Shown in pieces: positions 8,991 through 18,996 of a DNA stretch of 64,000 nucleotides. Numbering within the stretch: position 1 is the first letter of the stretch; each line of letters begins with the position of its first letter. The DNA comes from Chitinophagales bacterium (GTDB taxonomy: Bacteria; Bacteroidota; Bacteroidia; Chitinophagales; JADIYW01), in contig JAGNZZ010000001.1 of NCBI GenBank assembly GCA_017984135.1, forward strand, positions 119,801-183,800, given 5' to 3'. The position numbers and the translations under genes are program-made. The notes under the pieces were generated by a model. That model was not told the origin of the DNA. It did not search any database and saw nothing but the letters and a program-made list of their open reading frames with translations.

Positions 8991-10070
8991 TATTCGCTCT
9001 TATGCAGTAAATAGGCTTTAAAAAATCCATTTAAATCTCCGTCTAATACATTATCCGGATTGGTTACTTTGTAGCCGGAACGCAAGTCTTTCACCCAACG
9101 ATCGTCCAATACATAGCTGCGTATTTGTGAACCCCATTCATTCTTCATTTTTTGGGCTTCAATAGCATCACGTGCTTCTAATTGTTTTTGTAATTCAGCT
9201 TCATACAATTTGGATTTCAACATTTTTAAAGCAGTTTCTCTATTTTGTATTTGAGAGCGTTGTGTCTGACATTCACAAACTATGCCACTAGGTAAATGGC
9301 GTACTCGTACGGCAGATTCCGTTTTGTTAATGTGCTGTCCGCCGGCACCTTGTGCTCTAAACACATCCCATTCCAAATCAGCTGGATTGATTTCAATTTC
9401 AATAGAATCATCTACCACAGGATGCACAAACACCGAACAAAAGGAAGTCATGCGTTTACCTTGCGCATTAAAAGGGGAAATGCGTACTAATCGATGTACA
9501 CCATTTTCTCCTTTTAGCATGCCATACGCATAATCGCCAGAAATTTCCAATGCTACCGATTTTATGCCTGCTACGTCACCGGCTTGATAGTCAAGTTCAG
9601 TAATTTTATATCCATTTTTATTTGCCCACATCGTGTACATACGCATCAACATATTTGCCCAATCGCAAGCTTCGGTGCCGCCAGCACCGGCATTTATTTC
9701 AATGATAGCATTTAGATTGTCTTCTTCATTTTTTAGTGTTGATTTAAATTCATTTTCATCCAATTCATCAATAATAATTTGATATTGTGTGTCCAGCTCT
9801 TCATCAGTAGCTTCTCCAATTTCTTGAAATTCACGCAACACCTTCAAGTCATTGATTTTTGTATCAACGCTTTTGTACAAAGCTACCCAATGTTTGTTTT
9901 GCTTTATTTCTTTCATCAAAGCTTGCGCTTTGAGTTGATCGTTCCAAAAATCAGGAGCTAAAGTTTTAGCTTCATCGTCTTTTATCTGTTCAATTTTATT
10001 AGCGATGTCAAAGATATCTCCTGAAAGCTTCAATTCTTTCGAGGAGCGATTTGTATTGTTCGTTGGTCAT
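8990..10070 (-). CDS. prfB: Peptide chain release factor 2, expressed through a programmed +1 ribosomal frameshift
   Basis: Frame 0 from ATG 10070 reads MTNEQYKSLLERIEAFRRYL, then TGA at 10010-10008. The +1 frame continues DIANKIEQ... into the 8990..10033 ORF, which carries SPF and GGQ (GAGGQHINK) motifs. Confidence 0.92.
10007..10022 (-). promoter_or_regulatory. prfB +1 frameshift cassette: AGGAGA-TAT-CTT-TGA-C
   Basis: Minus strand reads AGG AGA TAT CTT TGA C. The slippery CUU, in-frame UGA followed by C, and an SD-like element 3 nt upstream match the layout of the E. coli site (AGGGGGUAUCUUUGAC). Confidence 0.9.
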
Positions 10071-10115
10071 AGTGTAAAAATAGATACAAATGTACGAAAA
10101 ATTAATTTTTCAATC

Positions 10116-10460
10116 TCAATAAAACGCATCTTCAAAATGCATGATTTTATTTTCATTTTCTATGGCGATAATATCAAAACGTAATTCGCCTTTCCAATCA
10201 TAAAGTTCAATATAAGCAGTTGCTGCTTCTTTCATTTTTTTTATCTTATGTCTTGATACAAATGATTCAGGATTTCCATAGATAGTTGCAGAACGAAATT
10301 TCACCTCCACAAAAATGATGGAGTTGTTTTTTTGAGCAATAATATCTATTTCGGCATGCTTATTCCTCCAGTTGGTGTATAAAATTTGAAATGCATTATT
10401 TTGTAAATAATCAAGTGCAAGTTTTTCTCCTTTTTCTCCATTTTTAGCAGCTAGTTTCAT
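10116..10460 (-). CDS. YraN-family (UPF0102) endonuclease-fold protein
   Basis: GEKLALDYLQNNAFQIL..NWR....EIDIIA......IFVEVK pattern, ~114 aa. Confidence 0.8.
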   Translation of the reverse strand: MKLAAKNGEKGEKLALDYLQNNAFQILYTNWRNKHAEIDIIAQKNNSIIFVEVKFRSATIYGNPESFVSRHKIKKMKEAATAYIELYDWKGELRFDIIAIENENKIMHFEDAFY

Positions 10461-10484
10461 AGAATTTATAGGATAAAGATAATT

Positions 10485-10510
10485 GATTTATGAGTTATGA
10501 TTTTTTTTTT
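10485..10510. repeat. Copy of the short dispersed GATTT..TTATGATTTT(T)n repeat family
   Basis: gatttatgagttatgatttttttttt resembles 60881-60903 (gatttcagatttatgattttttt). The 14-mer AGTTATGATTTTTT also occurs at 3547-3560 upstream of phoD. Confidence 0.4.
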
Positions 10511-10541
10511 GTTTTTTTACATTCAAATTTGATAAACAGAT

Positions 10542-11537
10542 ATGAAAATGGATGATCTTATTCAAGGATTTTCGGCACAAATACAACGTGCAATAGAAAT
10601 AGGTGAAAGTGCAAAAATTGGAAAAAATAAATTTCCAATTCGAAATATTCTAATTTCAGGATTAGGTGGTTCAGGTATTGGAGGTACTATTTTATCCAAT
10701 GTATTACGCGATGATATTGCTGTTCCTATTATTGTAAATAAAGAATATCAAATTCCCGCATTTATAAACGAAAACTCATTGGTGATTATTTCTTCTTATT
10801 CTGGAAATACAGAAGAAACACTTTCTGCTTTAATGCAGGCATTTAAAAAGAATGCTCAAATTGTATGTATCACTTCAGGTGGTTTGGTGCAAGAATATGC
10901 AGAAACCAATGATATTGATTATATTTTGATAGATGGAGGAGCACCACCACGTTCTGCATTTGGTCAATCGTTTATACAATTGTTGTATATTTTACATCAT
11001 TTAAGTTTACTGGAAGATGGTTTTAAAAAATACTTGCAAGCAGCTATTGAATTGTTAGATGCAGATGAAAATGAAATTAAAACACAAGCGAAAGAAATGG
11101 CATCGAAATTAAACGGAAAAATTCCGGTGATATATTCAGATGCAAAATTTGAAGGCGTTTCTATACGTTTCCGTCAGCAAATTAATGAAAATTCTAAGAT
11201 GCTTTGCTGGCATCATGTGGTGCCAGAAATGAATCATAATGAATTAGTAGGTTGGCGTGAGAAAAATGAAAACATTGCAGTTGTGTTTTTAAGGAACAAC
11301 AAGGATTTTGAACGGAACCAAGAGCGCATGGAATTTACCAAAGAAGTAGTAAGCCAATATACGAAAGATATTGTAGAAGTATATTCTAAAGGAGATCATG
11401 ATTTAATTCGTAGTTTGTATTTAATCCACTTAACTGATTGGGTGTCTTTTTATCTTGCTGAATTAAAAGGTGTGGATGCCATTGAAATTGATGTCATCAA
11501 TCGTTTAAAAGGCAAATTAGCCGAAAACCCATTTTAA
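10542..11537 (+). CDS. Bifunctional phosphoglucose/phosphomannose isomerase family protein (SIS domain)
   Basis: SIS-domain signature ISGLGGSGIGG...SYSGNTEET, ~330 aa. Confidence 0.75.
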   Translation: MKMDDLIQGFSAQIQRAIEIGESAKIGKNKFPIRNILISGLGGSGIGGTILSNVLRDDIAVPIIVNKEYQIPAFINENSLVIISSYSGNTEETLSALMQAFKKNAQIVCITSGGLVQEYAETNDIDYILIDGGAPPRSAFGQSFIQLLYILHHLSLLEDGFKKYLQAAIELLDADENEIKTQAKEMASKLNGKIPVIYSDAKFEGVSIRFRQQINENSKMLCWHHVVPEMNHNELVGWREKNENIAVVFLRNNKDFERNQERMEFTKEVVSQYTKDIVEVYSKGDHDLIRSLYLIHLTDWVSFYLAELKGVDAIEIDVINRLKGKLAENPF

Positions 11538-11557
11538 TAATTGATCGACATAAGTCG

Positions 11558-12259
11558 ATGTGTATGCAAAAAATAAATGTAGTTGATTTAGGTGAAATTG
11601 AATATGAAGATGCATTAAATATTCAAACTCAAAAATTCAATGAACTTATTGAACATAAAATAGCTGAGCAATCAAATGAACACGCTCATTGTTTGTATTT
11701 ATGTGAACACGCTCCGGTTATCACTTTAGGAAAAGCAGCAAAAGAAAATAATGTTTTGTTTTCAGAAATGATATTGCAAGAAAAAGGTATTTCCATTTTT
11801 CATATTAATAGAGGTGGAGATGTTACCTTTCATGGTCCAGGGCAAATCACAGGATATCCCATCCTAGATTTAGATTATTTCACCTCTGACTTGAAACAAT
11901 ACATGCGTTTGCTTGAAGAAGTAATTATAAGGACCATTGCACATTATGGAATTGAAGGATATCGAATGGAAGATGCTACGGGCGTTTGGGTACATTCAAG
12001 ACTGGATCATCAACCTAAAAAAATTGCTGCTTTTGGCGTAAAAACATCGCGCTGGATAACCATGCATGGATTTGCATTGAACGTAAATGTGGACTTAAAT
12101 TATTTCAATTTAATCAATCCTTGTGGCTTCACAGATAAAGGCGTTACTTCCATTCAACAAGAATTAAACGCAACAGTAAATGTGATTAAAGTAGATGATG
12201 TAAAACCTATTTTAGTAAATAATTTTAAACAGGTTTTTAATATTGATTTATTAGTTTAA
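11558..12259 (+). CDS. lipB: Octanoyltransferase (lipoyl(octanoyl) transferase)
   Basis: HAPVITLGK...RGGDVTFHGPGQITGYPILDL...KIAAFGVK...HGFALNV motifs. The start could be the ATG at 11564 instead. Confidence 0.9.
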   Translation: MCMQKINVVDLGEIEYEDALNIQTQKFNELIEHKIAEQSNEHAHCLYLCEHAPVITLGKAAKENNVLFSEMILQEKGISIFHINRGGDVTFHGPGQITGYPILDLDYFTSDLKQYMRLLEEVIIRTIAHYGIEGYRMEDATGVWVHSRLDHQPKKIAAFGVKTSRWITMHGFALNVNVDLNYFNLINPCGFTDKGVTSIQQELNATVNVIKVDDVKPILVNNFKQVFNIDLLV

Positions 12260-12284
12260 AAATCTTATTTATAGTGTATAATAA

Positions 12285-13325
12285 ATGAATCCACCAGAAG
12301 AAATATTGAACCAAGAACAAAATGAAGATGAATTATATGAACATCATCGTTTTGTGATTGACAAAGGCAAAGAACCAGTTCGTATTGATAAATATTTAAC
12401 CGACATTATTCCTAATATTTCTAGAAATAGAATTCAAAATGCTACAGAAGCAGGAAGTGTTTTGGTGAATGGAAAATCAGTAAAATCGAATTATAAAATT
12501 CGACCACATGATGTGATTCAGGTAGTATTACCAAATCCTGTTTGGGATTATACAGTAGAACCGGAAAATATTCCATTGGACATCGTGTATGAAGATGATG
12601 ATGTGTTATTAATTAATAAAAAGGCAGGCATGGTTTGCCATCCAGGTCATGGAAACTTTCACGGAACATTAGTGCATGCTTTGTTGTGGCACTGTAAAGA
12701 ATTACCTGAAATTTCTGACACAATGCGTCCAGGTTTGGTGCATCGCTTAGATAAGAATACTTCTGGATTAATTATTATTGGAAAATCAGAACATGCATTA
12801 ACACATTTATCGAAGCAGTTTTTTGATAGAACCATTAAACGACATTATATTGCACTCGTTTGGGGCGATATGGAAAAGCAAGAAGATAGAATTGTTTCTA
12901 ATATTACCCGCAATCCTAATAACCGAAAAACGTTCATTGCTGTAGAGGAGGAACATATTGGAAAATTTGCAGCTACTAATTATGAAGTACAGAAAAGATA
13001 TGGTTATACTACTTTGGTGAAATGTAAATTAGAAACGGGAAGAACGCATCAAATTCGGGTACATTTAAAATATATTGGACATACACTTTTTGGCGATTAT
13101 AGTTATGGAGGCGATCAAATTTTGTCAGGAACAATTTATGGAAAATATAAAACATTTATAGAAAATTGTTTTGCATTAATGCCTTATCATGCATTGCATG
13201 CACAAAGTTTAGGATTTGTGCATCCACGAACCAATGAAGAATTATATTTTGAAGTTCCATTGCCGGAAAACTATCAAAAAGTAATTGAAAAATGGGAAAC
13301 ATATTCTAAAGGATTTAAGCTCTAA
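12285..13325 (+). CDS. rluD: RluA/RluD-family 23S rRNA pseudouridine synthase (S4 domain plus catalytic domain)
   Basis: S4-like N-terminus (RIDKYL...SRNRIQ), catalytic HRLDKNTSGL and GRTHQIRVH motifs. Confidence 0.85.
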   Translation: MNPPEEILNQEQNEDELYEHHRFVIDKGKEPVRIDKYLTDIIPNISRNRIQNATEAGSVLVNGKSVKSNYKIRPHDVIQVVLPNPVWDYTVEPENIPLDIVYEDDDVLLINKKAGMVCHPGHGNFHGTLVHALLWHCKELPEISDTMRPGLVHRLDKNTSGLIIIGKSEHALTHLSKQFFDRTIKRHYIALVWGDMEKQEDRIVSNITRNPNNRKTFIAVEEEHIGKFAATNYEVQKRYGYTTLVKCKLETGRTHQIRVHLKYIGHTLFGDYSYGGDQILSGTIYGKYKTFIENCFALMPYHALHAQSLGFVHPRTNEELYFEVPLPENYQKVIEKWETYSKGFKL

Positions 13326-13630
13326 TTTTATTTTTTGTGGAAAAGATGTGCATTTCTCATTATAAAAAATTGTGGAAACAGGTATGAATTCTAAAGTGGA
13401 TAAAATTTGGAGAAATTACTTGACAAGTTCCAACAATTTTTACAACTTTAATTAAGTTATTTGATGTTTTAGTAGTAAGGGAAGTGAAAGAAATATGTTT
13501 GGTAAAACAAATGAAACTTTCAGCTGAAAAATGGTGTTAAAGCTATTTGGCAGAAATGAAAAAAGATTCAAATAATTAAAATAATGTAGATATAGTTAAC
13601 TGTAAAAAGTTAGTAAACTGCAAAATTTGG

Positions 13631-13665
13631 AAGACAAGGTTTTATGTAAAAATCTTGTCTTTTTT
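13631..13665. terminator. Hairpin terminator at the convergent gene boundary (clean T-run on the + strand; abuts the stop of the minus-strand EEP gene)
   Basis: Stem aagacaag / cttgtctt (13631-13638 / 13654-13661), then TTTTT on the + strand. Confidence 0.5.
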
Positions 13666-14722
13666 ATTTAATTTCTTTTAGAAATGCAATATAAGTAGGT
13701 AAGTGGTCGCTATAACCGGCATTGTAAATATTAAAATCCCAAGTGCGTTTAGGATATCCTTTATATTTTCCGGTTTTTTGCATCATAAAATCTTTCTTAA
13801 AGATGTAAGCCTTGTGAAAGAAAAAACCATTTTGATTTTTATTTAACCAAGCTTTAGAAAAAATAATTTGGTCGAATAATCCCCAAGCATCGTTATGAGC
13901 TAATGTGCCGATTCCTTTTTTAAAATAATCAATCCAAGGACTGTAAAAACCTTTTTCAGTGCATTTTTCAGGTTTGGCTGCTGTGTTTAAATATTTAATT
14001 AAGCTTTCATCAGTAGGATTGTCGTTTAAATCGCCCATCACTATTACTTTTGAATTAGGACTAACGGCTATTAATGAATCAGAATATTGCTTAATTACTT
14101 TTGCTACATAATTACGCATCGGTTTCGTCACTTCTTCGCCACCGCGACGCGAAGGCCAATGACCAACGAATACACTAATGGTGTCATCCAAATTTAAAAT
14201 TCCTTGCACAAACAAAACATCTCGAGTAGGTTTGGCATCTTTTACAGCCAATCTCAAATCAATAGGAATAGATTTGCTATAAAGCAGTTTAAAATATTTT
14301 GGATTGTAAACAAATCCGCAATCAATACTACGTGGATCGCTACCATTATAATGAACCACCTGATAGTTTCTATTTTTCAAACTCGGTTGATTGACTAAAT
14401 CCACTACTACTTCTTTATTTTCAATTTCAGCAGTTCCCCAAAATGCCATTCCGTCTGGCGACAAATCTGTTCCTATTTGTGCTACTACTTGTTCTAAATG
14501 TTTGATTTTATCTTTATAAATTTCTGCCGAATAATGCATGGAACCATTGGGTGTAAAATCGTCATCAAATGTCTTTGGATCATTAATGGTATCAAAAAAG
14601 TTTTCAAGATTGTAAAAACCGCCTACGATAATTTTATATTGTTTGGATTGCCCGAAAGCATTACTATATATTAGTGAAAAAATGAATACATTGAGTATTG
14701 CTATACATATATTTTTTTGCAT
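13664..14722 (-). CDS. Secreted endonuclease/exonuclease/phosphatase (EEP) family protein
   Basis: Signal peptide, then EEP-type blocks (YNLENFFD ... VGHWPSRRGG ... MGDLND ... SDHLP). I place the start at ATG 14722; the track's 14728 start is a TTG. Confidence 0.75.
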   Translation of the reverse strand: MQKNICIAILNVFIFSLIYSNAFGQSKQYKIIVGGFYNLENFFDTINDPKTFDDDFTPNGSMHYSAEIYKDKIKHLEQVVAQIGTDLSPDGMAFWGTAEIENKEVVVDLVNQPSLKNRNYQVVHYNGSDPRSIDCGFVYNPKYFKLLYSKSIPIDLRLAVKDAKPTRDVLFVQGILNLDDTISVFVGHWPSRRGGEEVTKPMRNYVAKVIKQYSDSLIAVSPNSKVIVMGDLNDNPTDESLIKYLNTAAKPEKCTEKGFYSPWIDYFKKGIGTLAHNDAWGLFDQIIFSKAWLNKNQNGFFFHKAYIFKKDFMMQKTGKYKGYPKRTWDFNIYNAGYSDHLPTYIAFLKEIK

Positions 14723-14725
14723 GGT

Positions 14726-14733
14726 CAAAAATA
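14726..14733 (-). promoter_or_regulatory. Bacteroidota -7 box (TATTTTTG) 3 nt upstream of the EEP gene ATG
   Basis: Minus strand reads TATTTTTG-acc-ATG(14722). Confidence 0.45.
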
Positions 14734-14804
14734 GGAATTATATGTGAAAATTGATTGTGGAAAATGTGAAATATTGTTGTAACATAAATTTAGATAATTA
14801 TCTT

Positions 14805-14812
14805 TACCTTTG
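14805..14812 (+). promoter_or_regulatory. Bacteroidota -7 box (TACCTTTG) for the TonB-type receptor gene
   Basis: Perfect TAnnTTTG 43 nt upstream of ATG 14856. Confidence 0.45.
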
Positions 14813-14855
14813 TTAGTCGTTTTTAAAAGAAATAGCAAATTCAATACCAAATTAT

Positions 14856-17468
14856 ATGTTTAAAAAAGCAGTAATTCTATTTTTTTGTGGTTGTATGTAT
14901 ATAAACATAAATGCAATTGCAAAAATCAAACAAGACACCAGCAGTACCACTTTGGATACGGGTAATAATCAACCATCGGACTCACTCATTAATAGTAAAA
15001 TATATGAAAATATTCCGACAGTTACCCTAGAAGATGTTGAGTCCAATGATGAATCCGGTTCAGATCAAGGAATTTCACCCATACTTTCAGCCGGTCGTGA
15101 TCCGTTTATTTCCGCAGCCTCATTTAACTGGGGAATTACTCGATTTAAAATTAGAGGATACGATTATGATTTTTTTGAAACGTATGTAAACGGCGTTCCG
15201 ACTGATTATATTGACAATGGTTTTTCATCATATAATTTATGGTCAGGTTTGAACGATGTAACCAGAAACCGAGAAAATTCCATCGGTTTAAATGTTTCCA
15301 CTTTTGCATTTGGTTCAGTAGGTGGTTTGTATTCTATTGATATGCGTGCTGCTAAACAACGTAAACAGCTGAGCGTTACAATAGGTACATCCAATAGAAC
15401 GTATGATTTACGAGGTGGCGTAACATGGGGTTCAGGAATTACAAAAAAAGGTTGGAGTATTGCTGTTTCCTTATTTGGAAGATGGGCAAAACAAGGCTAT
15501 ATTAAAGGAACATCTTTGCAGAGTATTTCCTACTATGCATCGGTGCAAAAATTCTTTAAAAACCAATCATTAGCATTAACTGCATTTGGTGTACCTACCA
15601 AACAAGGTAAAGCCACTTCTACTACGGAAGAAGCGTATGATTTAGCTGGGTCACATTATTATAATCCTAATTGGGGTTACCAAAATGGAAAAATTAGAAA
15701 TTCAAGAGTTGAATATAGACATCAACCTGTATTTATATTGACACACGAATGGAAGCCTAAAGACAATATGAACGTACTTTCTGCGGCAAGTTATAGTTTT
15801 GGTGAACGTGCTGTTTCTGGATTAGATAGATATAATGCAAAAGATCCAAGACCAGATTATTATAAATATTTACCAAGTTATATTGATGATTCAACCGTAC
15901 AAGAACAAGTTCGTGAAAATATTTTAGCCAATCCTGATTTATTGCAAATGGATTGGAATTATTTGTATTCCACAAACGGAGATGCTGGCAACTATACTAC
16001 TATTAAAGATGTGGATGGCATTCCTGGTAATGATGTAACTGGTCAACGTGCCTCTTATGTACTAAATGATGTGGTACAAAAATACCAACGTTTTAATTTA
16101 AATTCTGTTTATAATGTTACGGTGAAAAACTTTGATATCACTGCTGGCGCATCTTACCAATATAATCAAACTAAAAACTTTAAGCGTGTTAAAGATTTAT
16201 TAGGTGCTGATTTTTATGTAGATGTAGATGAATTTGTTGAAGGCGATTCCGGAAAATATTCATCGTATGCTCAAGCCGATTTAAACCATCCGAATCGTAT
16301 TGTAACAGTAGGTGATAAGTATGGCTACAATTATAGCCAAATTATTCATAAAGCAACTACTTGGGGTCAATTTAAAGCTAATTTTAAACATATTGATTTC
16401 TTTACAGGTGTAGAATTATCATACACATCACAACATAGAATTGGACATTTTAAAAATGGAATGAATCCAACTGAATCAGAAGGAAAGTCAAAAAGTGTAA
16501 ACTCATTTAATTATGCGGTAAAAGCCGGATTGACATACAAAATTAATGGTAGAAATTATATTTATGCCAATGGTATGTATTCAACTCGTGCACCTTATTG
16601 GAATAAACTATTTATTTCAAGTAGAACCAGTAATGAGGTTGCCAATGATGTAAAAAGTGAAAGTATAGGTTCTATGGAATTGGGTTATATTTTCATCCAT
16701 CCAAAAGTAAAATTAAAAGCCACAGGTTTCTTTACTAAATTTAAAGATGGTTCTAATTCCATTTTCTTCTATGATGATACCTATGAAAGTTTAACCAGCT
16801 ATACAGTTACTCAAATAGATAAAATTCATGCAGGAGCAGAATTAGGTATTGAAGCATCTTTATATAAAGGATTATCCGCTTCTTTGGCCGCTTCAATTGG
16901 TAAATATTTTTATAGCGACAGACAGCAAGTGATTGAAACTATTGATGCTGATCCAAATTTTAAAATGGTAGAAACAGTTTATACCAAAGGAATGAATGTT
17001 GGTGGAACACCACAAATGGCGTATAGTTTAGGCTTAAATTATCGTTCAAAAAAATTCTGGTACATCAGTGCAAACGTCAACTTCTTTGATTGGATGTGGA
17101 CAGATATTGCTCCTTCTCATCGTACCGAAAGAGCCGTGGATGCATTGGATCCAACTTCCGAGCAATATAAAAACATTCTTACTCAAGAACGCTTGAGCAA
17201 GAAAGGTGAGTGGACTTTAGACTTGTCCGGTGGCTACTCATGGAGATTAAAATCTACATTTAAAAAAATGAAAGTTAAAAATGCCGGAAATTATTACATC
17301 GTCATTAATGCCGGAATAAGCAATGTTACTAATAATAGAAACATCATTGTGGGTGCAAGAGAACAATTGCGATTTGACTTTGAAGAAAAAGATCCTTATA
17401 AGTTTCCTAAGAAATATTCGTATGCGTACGGAGCAAACTTCTATTTAAACTTGACTTTCAGAATGTAA
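14856..17468 (+). CDS. TonB-dependent-receptor-like outer-membrane beta-barrel protein
   Basis: Signal peptide, plug-like segment (RFKIRGYDYDFFETYVNGVP), ~700 aa of alternating beta-strand-like sequence and a C-terminal aromatic-rich end (YLNLTFRM). Confidence 0.7.
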   Translation: MFKKAVILFFCGCMYININAIAKIKQDTSSTTLDTGNNQPSDSLINSKIYENIPTVTLEDVESNDESGSDQGISPILSAGRDPFISAASFNWGITRFKIRGYDYDFFETYVNGVPTDYIDNGFSSYNLWSGLNDVTRNRENSIGLNVSTFAFGSVGGLYSIDMRAAKQRKQLSVTIGTSNRTYDLRGGVTWGSGITKKGWSIAVSLFGRWAKQGYIKGTSLQSISYYASVQKFFKNQSLALTAFGVPTKQGKATSTTEEAYDLAGSHYYNPNWGYQNGKIRNSRVEYRHQPVFILTHEWKPKDNMNVLSAASYSFGERAVSGLDRYNAKDPRPDYYKYLPSYIDDSTVQEQVRENILANPDLLQMDWNYLYSTNGDAGNYTTIKDVDGIPGNDVTGQRASYVLNDVVQKYQRFNLNSVYNVTVKNFDITAGASYQYNQTKNFKRVKDLLGADFYVDVDEFVEGDSGKYSSYAQADLNHPNRIVTVGDKYGYNYSQIIHKATTWGQFKANFKHIDFFTGVELSYTSQHRIGHFKNGMNPTESEGKSKSVNSFNYAVKAGLTYKINGRNYIYANGMYSTRAPYWNKLFISSRTSNEVANDVKSESIGSMELGYIFIHPKVKLKATGFFTKFKDGSNSIFFYDDTYESLTSYTVTQIDKIHAGAELGIEASLYKGLSASLAASIGKYFYSDRQQVIETIDADPNFKMVETVYTKGMNVGGTPQMAYSLGLNYRSKKFWYISANVNFFDWMWTDIAPSHRTERAVDALDPTSEQYKNILTQERLSKKGEWTLDLSGGYSWRLKSTFKKMKVKNAGNYYIVINAGISNVTNNRNIIVGAREQLRFDFEEKDPYKFPKKYSYAYGANFYLNLTFRM

Positions 17469-17498
17469 AAAAATATCTAAAAATATAACTTGAATAAT

Positions 17499-18863
17499 AT
17501 GACAACAACATTCAATAAACTGCTATTTACCTTGCTCGTTTTTACAGCAATCATATCAGTAACATCTTGTCGTAAAGACAAATTTGATGAGCCTAAACAA
17601 ATTACAGAAGATCCAAATTTGGATACCATTAGTATTTCTCGTTTGAGAGCCATGTACACTGGTGGTTCTCCTAAAACAATTACTGAGGAAGTAACCATTT
17701 CAGGAATTGTAGTAGGAAATGATATAAGTGGAAATATTTTTGAACAAATTTTTATAGATGATGGAAATAGCGCAATGCCTATTTTAATTGACAGAAGTGC
17801 ACTTTATGGCGATTTTCCAGTAGGCAGAAAAATTTATGTTAAATGTAAAGGTTTAGTTTTAGGCACTTATGGTGGTTTTCTACAATTAGGCGGATACGCT
17901 AATGGCGTGAGTGTAGAAGGAATTCCAGCTAATCTAATCACAAAATATATCGTAAAAGGACCAACTGGTTATAATGCAGATTCATTAGCTCAAACGATTA
18001 CCAATATCAACGACTTAAATAATTCCTATCATGGCCGTTTAATAAAATTGATGAATGTAGAATTTGATGATGCCTCAACAGATGTTCCTTTTGCGGACGT
18101 GAATCTTCCATCACCAACAACTGGCGAACGTTTCCTAAGAACTTGTTCTTCGCCATCTACTACTATTACCGTTCGAAATAGTGCTTACAGCAAATTTGCA
18201 TTTACCCATACACCAAAAGGAAATGGAACTGCGTATGGTATCTATTCAATATATAACAGTGAAAAACAATTACTTTTGCGCGATATCACAGACTTAAGTT
18301 TAACCAACTTTAGATGTGATGGATCAGATCCAAATGAAATTACTATTTTCTCAGAAAACTTTAATTCAATTCCTGGCAGCAATAATGGTACTTTAAACGT
18401 TACCGGTTGGAAAAATATTACTGAATTAAATTCTGCACTTTGGCAAAATGCTATTTTTGGTCCAATTAAATGTGCAAAAATTGATTCTTACAATGCTACA
18501 GATGGACAAATTGCATCATGGTTAATTACGCCATCCATCAACCTTGGTTCATCTGCTTCTAAAAAAATGAAATTTATGTTTGCACCTGGAAAAGCAGATG
18601 GTGTTTCTTCATTTAAAGTTTTAATTTCTACCAATTATGATGGAACAAGCACATCGCCACAAACATTTACATGGACTACATTGGCAGATACCATTTGTAC
18701 CACACCAGTTTCATCTTATGGTACATTAGCTCCTTTTAGAACACTCGATTTGAGCGCATACTCAGGCAATGTGTATGTTGCTTTTAAATATGATGCTTCT
18801 AAATCAGGTTCGCAACAACGTACTATTTACGAATTAGATGATGTGAAAATTTCAGGCTTGTAA
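17499..18863 (+). CDS. Surface lipoprotein with an N-terminal OB-fold-like domain (I recall DUF5689) and a C-terminal choice-of-anchor-J-like domain
   Basis: Lipobox (AIISVTSC). The segment TISGIVVGNDISGNIFEQIFIDDGNSAMPILI...GRKIYVKCKGLVLGTYGGFLQLG resembles the OB domain at the N-terminus of ExeM/NucH-type extracellular nucleases. Start taken as ATG 17499. Confidence 0.6.
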   Translation: MTTTFNKLLFTLLVFTAIISVTSCRKDKFDEPKQITEDPNLDTISISRLRAMYTGGSPKTITEEVTISGIVVGNDISGNIFEQIFIDDGNSAMPILIDRSALYGDFPVGRKIYVKCKGLVLGTYGGFLQLGGYANGVSVEGIPANLITKYIVKGPTGYNADSLAQTITNINDLNNSYHGRLIKLMNVEFDDASTDVPFADVNLPSPTTGERFLRTCSSPSTTITVRNSAYSKFAFTHTPKGNGTAYGIYSIYNSEKQLLLRDITDLSLTNFRCDGSDPNEITIFSENFNSIPGSNNGTLNVTGWKNITELNSALWQNAIFGPIKCAKIDSYNATDGQIASWLITPSINLGSSASKKMKFMFAPGKADGVSSFKVLISTNYDGTSTSPQTFTWTTLADTICTTPVSSYGTLAPFRTLDLSAYSGNVYVAFKYDASKSGSQQRTIYELDDVKISGL

Positions 18864-18884
18864 TTTTTATTTTTTCAATATTTT

Positions 18885-18919
18885 AAACGGAAATACAAAA
18901 TTGTGTTTCCGTTTTTTTT
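18885..18919 (+). terminator. Rho-independent terminator
   Basis: aaacggaaa...tttccgttt stem (extendable with a G-U pair), followed by an 8-T run. Confidence 0.7.
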
Positions 18920-18996
18920 ATTTCATTTATTTCATTTTTGTTTTGAAAATTTTTGATTGCTATCGGAATCATTTACTATTTTAGTGTAATAAAACG

